The notes below the pieces were generated by a model that had not been told where the DNA came from, did not search any database, and saw only the letters and a list, made by a program, of their open reading frames with translations. The position numbers and the translations under genes were made by a program. From Myxococcota bacterium (GTDB taxonomy: Bacteria; Myxococcota_C; UBA6777), in NCBI GenBank assembly GCA_023150835.1, contig JAKLKB010000009.1, positions 1 through 64,000 on the forward strand: a DNA stretch of 64,000 nt, written 5' to 3'. Position 1 is the stretch's first letter. Every line of letters starts with the position of its first letter. Shown here in pieces: positions 1 through 8,840 of the stretch.

Positions 1-176
1 CCGAAGATATTGCCGCCACCGAGCATTTTGCCGATACCACCGAGGAGACCACCGATGCCGCCTTGGCCACCGCCGAGAAGACCACCGAGGATACCGCCTG
101 CACCGCCGCCACCGCCGAGACCACCGAGAAGTTGACCGGCCATGGGCATCACTGATTTCAAGATGTTTCCGAGCAT
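1..176 (-). CDS. Gly/Leu-rich low-complexity protein (N-terminal part; runs off the window edge), candidate T3SS-associated secreted protein
   Basis: Not in the ORF track. Manual translation from ATG 176 gives MLGNILKSVMPMAGQLLGGLGGGGGAGGILGGLLGGGQGGIGGLLGGIGKMLGGGNIFG, open to the edge. An AAAGGAG RBS lies just upstream. Same strand as, and downstream of, sctU. Confidence 0.8.
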   Translation of the reverse strand, partial: MLGNILKSVMPMAGQLLGGLGGGGGAGGILGGLLGGGQGGIGGLLGGIGKMLGGGNIF

Positions 177-376
177 GATAGGACTCCTTTGAGTTTGTTT
201 GGCCTCGTTGTTGAGGCGGTTCGTTGTATCGTCACCCAACACGCTTGTTTGGGTTGTGAGTTGTTTTGCGGGGAGTGTTTTTTCCCTCAGCTTTCAACTC
301 AAGTATCGCAAAGGCAAGTGATCCTGTTGCTGATCTTTTGAAAAAAAGTTTTCAGCGAGATCAAAGGGGTGTGGTT

Positions 377-1438
377 TTACTTGGTTTCACCGCGTTCTTC
401 GGCCAATTGGAAGACGAATTGGAGGATCTCGGCGACAGCGTCATAAAGTTCTTCGGGGATCTCTTGGCCGAGTTCAAGTTTGTTCAAAGCACCGGCAAGA
501 GGGACGTTGCGAAGGATGGGGATACCTTTTTCTTTGGCGATCTCTTTGATCTTTTGCGCCCAAAGACGCTCGCCTTTGGCGACGACTTTGGGGGCGGATT
601 CGCCTTCTTTGTCGTACTTGATCGCGACGGCGATATGTTCGGGGTTGACGATCACGGCATCGGCATTACCCGTTTCGTTCACGGAGTCGTTCATGGCCAT
701 CTCCTGATGAAGTTGACGGCGCATCCCTTTGATGTAGGGATCGCCTTCTTGGTTTTTGTATTCGTCTTTGATGTCTTTTTTGCTCATCATCATGTCTTTT
801 TTGTACTGCCACTTTTGATAATACCAGTCGGCAGCAGCGATCACACCGAAGGCGACGCCGATACGAACAGAGAGATCGTAGAGCAGATCCCAGACAAGAG
901 CAATGGATTCAAAGATCGGCATACGGATGGTCATAATGATCGGATTGACGCGATCTTTGACGATCATATACGCCATGATCGAAACGATCGTGAGCTTGAT
1001 GATGGACTTGAGGAGTTCGATCACCTTTCGGAGCTTGAACATATTCTTGATCCCGTCGATGGGATTGAGTTTTTTGAGTTCAGGCTTGAGCGGTTCAAAG
1101 GTGATCAAGACGCCGACTTGGATATAGTTGGCGAGGAAGGCGACCGCGAAAGAGACCATGCAGAGGGGCAAGATGGCGGTCAACATGACAGTGATGCCGC
1201 GTTGAGAAAGTGAGATGATCAGGCCGATATCGGGTTCGCGTTGTGTGGCGAAATAAAAGCAGAGACGGATAAAGTCCATCATCTGATCGGAGATGTTGCG
1301 ACCGAGGAAATAGATCACAAGGAAGCCGATCAAAAAGATGGCCGCTGCGATGATATCTTGGCTTTTTGCGATCTGCCCCTTTTTTCGGGCTTCTCGCAGC
1401 TTATGTTCGGTGGGTTCTTCGGTTTTATCTCCGGACAT
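377..1438 (-). CDS. sctU: Type III export switch protein SctU/FlhB family
   Basis: N-terminal KTEEPTEHKLREARKKGQIAKSQD, hydrophobic TM segments, MMSKKDIKDEYKNQEGDP, autocleavage loop NPEH and PKVVAKG. Start placed at MSGDK. Confidence 0.95.
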   Translation of the reverse strand: MSGDKTEEPTEHKLREARKKGQIAKSQDIIAAAIFLIGFLVIYFLGRNISDQMMDFIRLCFYFATQREPDIGLIISLSQRGITVMLTAILPLCMVSFAVAFLANYIQVGVLITFEPLKPELKKLNPIDGIKNMFKLRKVIELLKSIIKLTIVSIMAYMIVKDRVNPIIMTIRMPIFESIALVWDLLYDLSVRIGVAFGVIAAADWYYQKWQYKKDMMMSKKDIKDEYKNQEGDPYIKGMRRQLHQEMAMNDSVNETGNADAVIVNPEHIAVAIKYDKEGESAPKVVAKGERLWAQKIKEIAKEKGIPILRNVPLAGALNKLELGQEIPEELYDAVAEILQFVFQLAEERGETK

Positions 1439-1530
1439 CCCATCACCTATGGTTTGCAAACCAAACGCATTGTCGCTGGTTCCCAGTCAAAGCGCTCGGT
1501 TTGGGGAGTTTGTGAGTTGAAGGCGACAAG

Positions 1531-2373
1531 TTAAAACGGCCTAAGGTACTGGATCACCGTCCAAAGCTGGCTGAGCGTTTTCGCCATGATGATCTCGCTT
1601 TGTTGGACAAGAAGAGCCAGACTGAGCATGGCAAACAAGACCCCGAGCATGGCTTTGAAGGGCATCATCAAGAACATGACGTTGAGTTGGGGGGCGACCT
1701 TGTTAAAAAGTCCCATACACATATCGGTGATGAAGATCGCGATCATGACGGGCGCAGAGAGCGTGAGCGAGGCAAAAAAGAGGTGAGAAGACAACCGCCC
1801 GACCATCTCAAAAAGCGGCCACAGCCCTGTATCAAAGCGCGGAAAGCCGGCAAAAGGGACGATCAGATAGCTGCGCATAAAGTACTCGATAAACACGAGA
1901 TGGCCGTCGACTGCAAAGAAGACCACGATCAACAGTTGGTAGTAGAGCGTACCGATCTGGGAGGTGGAGGCTTGCATTTGAGGAACAAGGCTGCTGCCCA
2001 TCGCGGAACCACGGGCGGTATCGATAAAGCGGCCCACCATCTCCGCGGTAAACCAGATCGACAAGATGATAAAGCCCAACAAGAAACCCACAAAGGTTTC
2101 TTTGACAACGTAGCCAATAAAACGAAGCGCAAACGGAAAGCTCGGTCCTACGGGCCGAAAGATCGGCTCAACGACATTGGCGTCCGAAAGCATCGGATAC
2201 ATCAAGATACCGAGCGCAAGCCCGATACCGATCTTAACTTGCGCAGGGACCAGCTTTCCGCCGAGAAAAGGAACCAACCAGATCATGCTGAGGATGCGCG
2301 TCATCATCAGACCAACGATCATCAGCGGCTCAGAGAGGTTGAGATTGTTGACGATGCGAGAAAGTTCTTCCAT
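1531..2373 (-). CDS. sctT: Type III export gate protein SctT/FliR family
   Basis: Multi-TM protein with PFLGGKLVPAQVK, DGHLVFI..FMRSY and NKVAPQLNV..MPFK motifs, located between sctS and sctU. Confidence 0.93.
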   Translation of the reverse strand: MEELSRIVNNLNLSEPLMIVGLMMTRILSMIWLVPFLGGKLVPAQVKIGIGLALGILMYPMLSDANVVEPIFRPVGPSFPFALRFIGYVVKETFVGFLLGFIILSIWFTAEMVGRFIDTARGSAMGSSLVPQMQASTSQIGTLYYQLLIVVFFAVDGHLVFIEYFMRSYLIVPFAGFPRFDTGLWPLFEMVGRLSSHLFFASLTLSAPVMIAIFITDMCMGLFNKVAPQLNVMFLMMPFKAMLGVLFAMLSLALLVQQSEIIMAKTLSQLWTVIQYLRPF

Positions 2374-2433
2374 GGGCTTACAGCTTCGGGTGTTTGCGTG
2401 GGGAGAGTCAGACGCGGCGTTTGGTGGAGATCG

Positions 2434-2703
2434 TCAGTTCACGATGTTGGGGAATTCGGTGAGGATGCGTTCGGTATAGCGGATCAAGATATTGCCGATC
2501 CATCCGCCAAAATAGATCAGCGAGCCAAAGACGACGACGATCTTGGGAACGAAGGTGAGGGTTTGTTCTTGGATCTGGGTGACGGCTTGGAAGATCGCGA
2601 TCACCAAGCCGATGGCCATGCTGATCAAGATGGGGGGGCCAGAGACGATCATCACCAAAAGAAAGCCTTGGTTGGTCACTTGGATGGCGTATTGTTGAAG
2701 CAT
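2434..2703 (-). CDS. sctS: Type III export gate protein SctS/FliQ family
   Basis: 89 aa with the family signature GLVIAIFQAVTQIQEQTLTFVPK. Confidence 0.96.
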   Translation of the reverse strand: MLQQYAIQVTNQGFLLVMIVSGPPILISMAIGLVIAIFQAVTQIQEQTLTFVPKIVVVFGSLIYFGGWIGNILIRYTERILTEFPNIVN

Positions 2704-2742
2704 GGTCGGTTCCTCGAAGGCGATAGTTTGGGGGGATTTGGC

Positions 2743-3594
2743 TTAGAGGTAGCCAAGGATCAAACCCTTGATGATCAAGTACCAGCCGTCTACAAGAACA
2801 AACAGCAAGAGTTTGAAGGGCAAGGAGATGGTGGTTGGGGAGAGCATGTGCATCCCCAAAGCCAGCAAGATATTGGCAACCACCATGTCCACCACGATAA
2901 AGGGCAGAAACAACAAAAAGCCGATCTGGAAGGCTTCTTTGAGTTCGGATATCACGAAAGCAGGGACGATGACCGTAAAGTCGTCTTTTTCGAAACCTTC
3001 GTGATGTTTTTTATCTCGCAGTTGGAGTGCGAGATTGTAGAACATATTGTGATCTTTGCGGTGGCTGTGCTTGATCAAGAAGCGTCGGATGGGTTCTTGG
3101 GCGCGTCTGACGGCTTGGATGAGGGTTTTGACGCTGGTGGCGCTGAGCGGTGTTTGTTGAGCGCTCGGCGTTTTTTCAAGGAGATCTTTGAGTTCATCGC
3201 GGACTTCCAGACCCACAGGAACCATCACGTAGATGGTCAAGATAATCGAAAGGCCGGTGATCACTTGGGTGGGAGGGTTTTGCTGTGTGCCGAGGGCGCT
3301 GCGCACGATCGAGAGGACGACGGCGATCTTAACGAACGAAGTGATCATGATCAGCAAAAACGGCGCAAGAGAAAGTGCGCCCATCACGACAACAAGGACG
3401 ATCGGGTTTCCAGCGACGGAGTCGCTAAAGTCGATGGTTGCGCCGCCTGCGATGTTGCGTTTTTTTCGCGCCAGCGCTTCCGAAGCAAACAGAACAAAAG
3501 GCAGCGCAGCACACAGCGCAAAGACGAGGCTGCGTAAGATGCGATGAGAGAGCAAACGGATCTTAGGGTTCATGTTTCGGATGTTTCCGGCCAT
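2743..3594 (-). CDS. sctR: Type III export gate protein SctR/FliP family
   Basis: TSFVKIAVVLSIVRSALGTQQNPP, PAFVISELKEAFQIGFLLFLPF and ISLPFKLLLFVLVDGW motifs. The exact start is uncertain. Confidence 0.96.
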   Translation of the reverse strand: MAGNIRNMNPKIRLLSHRILRSLVFALCAALPFVLFASEALARKKRNIAGGATIDFSDSVAGNPIVLVVVMGALSLAPFLLIMITSFVKIAVVLSIVRSALGTQQNPPTQVITGLSIILTIYVMVPVGLEVRDELKDLLEKTPSAQQTPLSATSVKTLIQAVRRAQEPIRRFLIKHSHRKDHNMFYNLALQLRDKKHHEGFEKDDFTVIVPAFVISELKEAFQIGFLLFLPFIVVDMVVANILLALGMHMLSPTTISLPFKLLLFVLVDGWYLIIKGLILGYL

Positions 3595-4630
3595 CGCTCA
3601 CGACCTCAAAGTGCGTGGGTATGGGACTCGCGGGGGGCGATTCAGCGTCCTTGGTTTGATCGGGATTTCTGCGAAGGATGCGCCAAAAAGCGCCCGTTGC
3701 GGGGGGCTTTTTGGCGAGAGCAGCCTGTGTCTGCGTTGGATCTAACGTGGCCAAAAAGGTCACGCCTTGTTCGTGGGAAGCGATCAGGAAATACTGCTGC
3801 GCGACTTCGACGAGCCAGAGGGCTTTTTTGGGTTCAAGCCCAACACGCGCATGGATCTGCAAAACTTGGCCGGATTGGAATGGAAGCCCAGTTCGAGCCG
3901 AAGCCCATCGCAGCACAACAAAGATGAGGATGACGATCGCGCCGAGGATGAACAGTACACTGAAAGTCCGAATCCAGTAAAGAGCCTGCCCCTCAATCAA
4001 AGCATTCGGGCGCCTCGGATCAAAAAGCGGCGGTCGTTCGTGGGTGGGCGTCAACCGCAAGCGGCTGATCATCGGAGGACGGCGCGTGTGCGATTGTGTG
4101 ATCGCCTGTTGTGTTGTGGGTGTTCCTGCGGATTTCGAGATCGCCGATGTTGCCGATGTTGCGGGGGGAATGACGCGTTGTGTTGTGGGTGTTCCTGCGG
4201 ATTTCGAGATCGCCGATGTTGCCGATGTTTCGGGGGGGATAGCGCGCTGCGTTGTGGGAGTTGTCGATGCTTCGGGGGGGATAGCGCGCTGCGTTGTGGG
4301 AGTTGTCGATGCTTCGGATGTTGCCGATGTTGCGGGGGGGATAGCGCGTTGCGTTGTGGGAGTACCCGAAGGCAAGGGCTGTGTGGAAGCAGAAGGCGTA
4401 GATCTCGGAGGGAGCGGAGGTTGCGCGCTGCCATCCCGCCCGAATCCGAAAGTTCCGAACAAAAAGAAGGCGACGCAAACAGCCCACCCACCGAGTCGAT
4501 GCAGGAGGATGGAGTGCAAAGGTAGCTTGTGGGAAGCAAAGCGTGTTGTGCAAAGCGTGTAAGCGGAGTCTTGATGAGGCCGATCGCAGGGGGCGGATCG
4601 AGGCGGGGTGTGGTGTGTGGTGTTGAGCAT
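3563..4630 (-). CDS. FliO-like membrane protein with a Thr/Pro/Ser-rich repeat region
   Basis: C-terminal TM followed by LQIHARVGLEPKKALWLVEVAQQYFLIASHEQGVTFL, a FliO-like pattern. Lies between sctQ and sctR as fliO does in flagellar operons. Start moved to ATG 4630, just after the sctQ stop. Confidence 0.75.
   Translation of the reverse strand: MLNTTHHTPPRSAPCDRPHQDSAYTLCTTRFASHKLPLHSILLHRLGGWAVCVAFFLFGTFGFGRDGSAQPPLPPRSTPSASTQPLPSGTPTTQRAIPPATSATSEASTTPTTQRAIPPEASTTPTTQRAIPPETSATSAISKSAGTPTTQRVIPPATSATSAISKSAGTPTTQQAITQSHTRRPPMISRLRLTPTHERPPLFDPRRPNALIEGQALYWIRTFSVLFILGAIVILIFVVLRWASARTGLPFQSGQVLQIHARVGLEPKKALWLVEVAQQYFLIASHEQGVTFLATLDPTQTQAALAKKPPATGAFWRILRRNPDQTKDAESPPASPIPTHFEVVSDGRKHPKHEP
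4108..4360. repeat. Intragenic tandem repeats (~39- and ~66-bp units) encoding TPTTQRAIPP/ATSATSAISK
   Basis: Repeated gttgtgggagttgtcgatgcttcgg and gccgatgttgccgatgtt blocks in the fliO-like gene. Confidence 0.85.
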
Positions 4631-4637
4631 GCGGGTT

Positions 4638-5933
4638 TTATTTGCGCAACTCGATAATACGAACGCCAAGCTGGCCGTCGATCTCGACAAGTTCGCCTTT
4701 TCCGAGGATCTGTCCATTGACGACCAGATCCAGCGGTTCGTAGGGTGAGCGACGAAGTTCGAGGACTTGTCCAAGACGAAGATAAGCCAGATCGCGGGCT
4801 TTGGCTTCGACCCGTCCGAGTTCAACGATCAAAGGGACAGGGACATCGCTGAGTACGGGAGCCATCTGTTCATAATTTGCGTCTTCACCGTAACCACCGG
4901 GCATGTTTCCCTCCTGATATTCGTTTGGATAGGCTGGTTGGTTGTCATCTTCAAACTCGCTGCGATCGATAATTCCTCGGATGCCGGGGGATTCAGTGCG
5001 GATCACCTGTTCGATGATCACGCGACGGTTGGCGGAAGGGTCTTCTTCGATGCGACAGCGCAACGCATAAGCGGAGCGCAGACCAAATTGAAGGATCGCT
5101 TCGCCGCGAAGGATCCCTTCTTCGGTGGGGGATGCGCTACATTCGCGTAGGAGTACGATATCTTCGGATTCAAGTCCAGCGAGGTCGGCTTCGCTGAGCA
5201 TCACCGTCCCGACGCGGATGTGTCCTGTGAGTGGCTGATCGGCGATCCAATGGAATTGCTCTTGGAGCATGGCGGCTTCGTGCGATGTATCGTGCGGTGA
5301 AAGGCTGTTGGCGAGTTCTTGGATCAGGCGGATCGGAGTGTAAAGGCGCGCAAAGCCTTGGTGTTGCAACAGGCCGAGGAACAGTTCTTTGCGATGATAG
5401 AGCGTATCCGCAGGGATGCGTTGGCGGAGAGGAGAAGTCTCTTGATGGATCCCTGCGAGGCGCAGTTCCATCGAAGCGGCGGGCTTCCAAAGCTGCTGGA
5501 TATGTTGGAGAGCTTTGAGGACAAGGAAAGAAAACACCCCGCGCTCCACTTCGTTGAGACCGCGACCTGTGTCCAATCCGTCGCCTGTTCCGCCGAGTGC
5601 GCGATCCACCATCACGGCGGCAAGGCGCGGATCGATCTCGATCAAAAAGCGTGAATCCGCCGGAAGCAAGGCGATCTCAATCAACAGCGTTGGCGGCAGA
5701 CACAAGCGTTCGATCTGCGAAAAATCGAGGTACTGTTCTTTGTCGATCCATTGGAAGGCAAGCTGGCCTTGGAGGTAAGAGGACAGGGCTTGGCTGATCT
5801 CTGGGATCAGAGATTGTCGAAACAGATGGGTCGGGAAGATCCGCGCAAGTGTATCGAAGAAGTAGATCTCAGACTTGCGGATCTTGGGGAGATTTTGAAA
5901 CTGAAAGGGGCGGATCTCGGCGGCGCTAGGCAT
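4638..5933 (-). CDS. sctQ: Cytoplasmic ring protein SctQ (FliM/FliN family)
   Basis: FliM-like middle region (AVMVDRALGG..LNEVER) plus a C-terminal SpoA domain (VPLIVELGR..GQVLEL..LDLVVNGQILGKGELVEIDGQLGVRI). Start placed at MPSAAE. Confidence 0.88.
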   Translation of the reverse strand: MPSAAEIRPFQFQNLPKIRKSEIYFFDTLARIFPTHLFRQSLIPEISQALSSYLQGQLAFQWIDKEQYLDFSQIERLCLPPTLLIEIALLPADSRFLIEIDPRLAAVMVDRALGGTGDGLDTGRGLNEVERGVFSFLVLKALQHIQQLWKPAASMELRLAGIHQETSPLRQRIPADTLYHRKELFLGLLQHQGFARLYTPIRLIQELANSLSPHDTSHEAAMLQEQFHWIADQPLTGHIRVGTVMLSEADLAGLESEDIVLLRECSASPTEEGILRGEAILQFGLRSAYALRCRIEEDPSANRRVIIEQVIRTESPGIRGIIDRSEFEDDNQPAYPNEYQEGNMPGGYGEDANYEQMAPVLSDVPVPLIVELGRVEAKARDLAYLRLGQVLELRRSPYEPLDLVVNGQILGKGELVEIDGQLGVRIIELRK

Positions 5934-6071
5934 CGCGTTTTTCTCGGGGTTTGGTTGGGAAAACGGGCTACTGCACACGCTTTGTGTACTCTTGACCGAA
6001 GGTGACGCCCATGATAGGCAGATCAAGTCCAAAGGACAACTGTTTTTTCATTCCTCAAAGCGAGGTGACAC

Positions 6072-6926
6072 GTGTCGAGGCGTTTTCTGCTGGCTTGTGT
6101 GCAATTACATGGAAGCGATGAGCTTCAAGCGAACCTAGAGCGTTGCCGTCGTTGGATCAAGGAGTCTGTGGAACGTGGGGCGGAATTGGTCTTGTTGCCC
6201 GAAGACTTCGCCTTTTTGGCACGAGGCGAACAAGACAAACACAACTTAACGAGCGCCCAGCTTTCTAAGATTATCGAGACGATCCGAGAAGAAGCCTTGC
6301 GCCACAGCGTACACATCCTCGCAGGCGGGTATCCTGTGCGTGTCGAGGGCGAAGAACACAAACTCTACAACCGCGCTACGTTGTTTTCGCCCGATGGAAC
6401 GGAGCTTGCGCATTACGAAAAGCTTCATTTGTTTGATGCCGATCCACCGGGCGCACCACCCTTGCGAGAGTCCCACCACATCCAACGCGGTGAGCGCGTT
6501 GTGGTCGTCGATACCCCGCTTTGCAAGATCGGCTTGTCGATCTGTTATGATCTGCGTTTTCCTGAGCTGTATCGGGCATTGGCTCTTCAAGGGGCCGAGT
6601 TATTGACCGTCCCTGCGGCCTTTACGCTCACCACCGGAAAAGATCACTGGCGGATCTTGTTGCAAGCACGCGCCATCGAAAATCAATGTTATCTCGCAGC
6701 ACCCGCCCAATGGGGACGCCACTCCGATACACGCTTTTCGTTTGGTTCCTCGCTGATCTGCGATCCTTGGGGGACTGTCCTCGCATGCGCCCCTGAATCC
6801 GAAGGCATCGCCCTCGCAGAGTTTCAACCCGCCTACCTCGAATCCGTTCGCCAACGCATCCCCTGCCGTTCTCATCTCCGACACGATCTTTTTTCTTTCA
6901 ACCCTCCCTCCCCTTCTTCCACTTGA
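6072..6926 (+). CDS. Carbon-nitrogen hydrolase (nitrilase superfamily, Nit1/deaminated glutathione amidase-like)
   Basis: E-K-C triad motifs LLPE, YEKLHLFD and ICYDLRFPE, plus ARAIENQCY and DPWGTVL. Confidence 0.92.
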   Translation: MSRRFLLACVQLHGSDELQANLERCRRWIKESVERGAELVLLPEDFAFLARGEQDKHNLTSAQLSKIIETIREEALRHSVHILAGGYPVRVEGEEHKLYNRATLFSPDGTELAHYEKLHLFDADPPGAPPLRESHHIQRGERVVVVDTPLCKIGLSICYDLRFPELYRALALQGAELLTVPAAFTLTTGKDHWRILLQARAIENQCYLAAPAQWGRHSDTRFSFGSSLICDPWGTVLACAPESEGIALAEFQPAYLESVRQRIPCRSHLRHDLFSFNPPSPSST

Positions 6927-6929
6927 CCC

Positions 6930-8012
6930 ATGTGCAGATCACCCACAACCCTCTTTTTGACCCTGCTTTGCAGCCTACTGACCCTGCTTTGCAAACCACC
7001 GACCCTGCTTTGCAGCCTACTGACCCTGCTTTGCAGCCTACTGACCCTGCTTTGCAGCCTACTGACCCTGCTTTGCAGCCCAACGCTGCTGAGGCGCAAA
7101 CCATCCACAAACCTCTTTGTGATCTGGGTGTGGTGCTGGATGGGATGGAGTTTGGCGGGATGCCAACGCGATATCCTGCCCTTTCCTTCGACCATTGCGG
7201 GACTTTCGCGCCCTTCGGTGTCTTTGGTCTCCGAAAACCTCGATGGGATCTTGGACCGCGTACGCTGGCTTGAAGAGGCCCGTTATTGGTCGCAATCCTT
7301 GATCCAAGCCCACGGACTGAGCCGCAGCCTCGGACCTACGACCAACATCCCGCTCGCCCCTGCTTGTGATGCTTCGGTGGGCGGTAGTGGGTGCAATGCT
7401 TGTCTCTCCGTCGGAGCAGTCCCTGTGTTCGGGGTAGACGAACGCCAAGGCTCCCTTGGGCTGCGTTGTTGGACCAAAGATTACCTCCAAGGCGATATCG
7501 CTGTGGAAGTCCCGTCTCTGGCCATCGAAGAAGGCGAAGGATTCGAGGATTGGCAAAACGTCGGACGTGGCGGAGATGACAGCGCACGTTTCGTCACAGA
7601 ACAAGTCTTTATGCGCGGATCTCTCGGATACAAGGCGATCTTGCGCAGGCGGAACTTTGAGCAACAACGCACCGAGCTTTTGTGGGTGGCGAGCCTTTGG
7701 GTACGCGAAGGCGACTCAGGACAACCCGAACGCCGCTTGGATGGTGGGATGGGCTTTGTCTTTGAAGAACGCACCTCCGGCCCCGTCACTCGGCGTTCTG
7801 CCGTCTTTCTCGATGAACGCAGCGTCCTCTACCAAAATCCGACACGCAAAGAACAGATCTACAGCGTCGAATTGCTCGCCACCAACGGCCATTTCTTTTG
7901 CCGCTTTATCCCCAAGATCAGTGGCTGCTGCCAAAAAAGCACCTATCCCGCCGACGCCGAACCCTGCGAGGAGATCCCCGATCAACGCTATCCTCTCTCT
8001 TGGCCTTTTTAA
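6930..8012 (+). CDS. Hypothetical probable lipoprotein
   Basis: Long ORF with basic RRK, a hydrophobic stretch and a lipobox-like LAGC. The start is uncertain because the 5' part is a 21-bp repeat. Confidence 0.6.
   Translation: MCRSPTTLFLTLLCSLLTLLCKPPTLLCSLLTLLCSLLTLLCSLLTLLCSPTLLRRKPSTNLFVIWVWCWMGWSLAGCQRDILPFPSTIAGLSRPSVSLVSENLDGILDRVRWLEEARYWSQSLIQAHGLSRSLGPTTNIPLAPACDASVGGSGCNACLSVGAVPVFGVDERQGSLGLRCWTKDYLQGDIAVEVPSLAIEEGEGFEDWQNVGRGGDDSARFVTEQVFMRGSLGYKAILRRRNFEQQRTELLWVASLWVREGDSGQPERRLDGGMGFVFEERTSGPVTRRSAVFLDERSVLYQNPTRKEQIYSVELLATNGHFFCRFIPKISGCCQKSTYPADAEPCEEIPDQRYPLSWPF
6959..7081. repeat. 21-bp tandem repeat, ~6 copies (GACCCTGCTTTGCAGCCTACT)
   Basis: Directly visible; one copy is slightly diverged. 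Confidence 0.95.
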
Positions 8013-8030
8013 GCCCGCATCCCACCTAAA

Positions 8031-8540
8031 TCAACGGAAGAAAAAGGGTGTTTGATAACGCACAGGCTGATCAAGATCGTGGGCAGGAAACTTCCACTTG
8101 GAGATCGCGCCGAGGACGCACTGCTGGATATCTTTGACTGCGATATCACTTCGGAATATCCGAGTTTTTTGGACACCGCCGTCCTTGGTGATCAAAAATT
8201 CAACGGTGATCACTCCGCCTTTGGGGGACAGTTTTTCGGGGCCTTTGTAGCCGAAATAACAGGACTTGAGCGGTTCTTGGTGTTTGTTGATGTATGAAAA
8301 GACGTGTTGTTCGATGTATCGGTGTTGGGCTGTGCCCTTAAAAGGCCGCCAGTCGCGGCGATCGATCGGATCGCCGATCGGAACAGCGTGTGGCGTTTGT
8401 GTCTGGACGTTGGTTTTGACCGCAGGAAGAGAGAGATAATAACTTACTCCTGCGCTCGCCACGCCAAGAACCAGCAACATCAAAAAAATCGGCAACGTAA
8501 ACAGCGGCTTGCTCTTTGTATCGGACGCTTTGTCGGCCAT
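8031..8540 (-). CDS. Membrane protein with an AgmX/PglI C-terminal (TonB-C-like) domain
   Basis: N-terminal TM, then LKSCY..GVITVEFLITKDGGV..CVLGAISKWKFP..YQTPFFF. Confidence 0.8.
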   Translation of the reverse strand: MADKASDTKSKPLFTLPIFLMLLVLGVASAGVSYYLSLPAVKTNVQTQTPHAVPIGDPIDRRDWRPFKGTAQHRYIEQHVFSYINKHQEPLKSCYFGYKGPEKLSPKGGVITVEFLITKDGGVQKTRIFRSDIAVKDIQQCVLGAISKWKFPAHDLDQPVRYQTPFFFR

Positions 8541-8603
8541 CTTCTAGGTCTCCTTTGTTTTTGGCTCAAAAAGAAATCGAACGGTCTGGTGGGATAGTTT
8601 TGA

Positions 8604-8651
8604 TGGGGCTTTGCCCCAAACCCCACAAGGGACTGTCGCCCCTTGACCCCG
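8604..8651. repeat. Small palindromic intergenic repeat (GGGGCTTTGCCCC-AAACCCCAC...CCTTGACCCC); related copy at ~59241-59288
   Basis: Two hairpin-forming, sequence-similar intergenic copies. Confidence 0.6.
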
Positions 8652-8840
8652 TGTTGGCGGGAGGATCGTTCGTTTTTCACACAGACGACAGCACCGCTTG
8701 AAGTAGCGCGAGCACGGGGGTTTTGTCCACGACGCAACGGGCGTTTTGTACGACTCGGCTTGCAGTACAGCCTTTTCGCTTGATCCTAGTCTATCCGCGC
8801 CGCTGTTTTTTATCGGAACCGCCCTTCCCTTCTGCTCAGA

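Noticed and set aside
630-660. NPEH instead of NPTH in SctU as a sign of inactivation
   Set aside because: The Asn-Pro cleavage site is intact, and NPEH is a known natural variant in FlhB proteins.
1600-3537. 645-aa plus-strand ORF and similar long overlapping ORFs (e.g. 266-1213, 35708-37318)
   Set aside because: These are antisense shadows of well-supported genes, caused by codon bias, and have no recognisable motifs.
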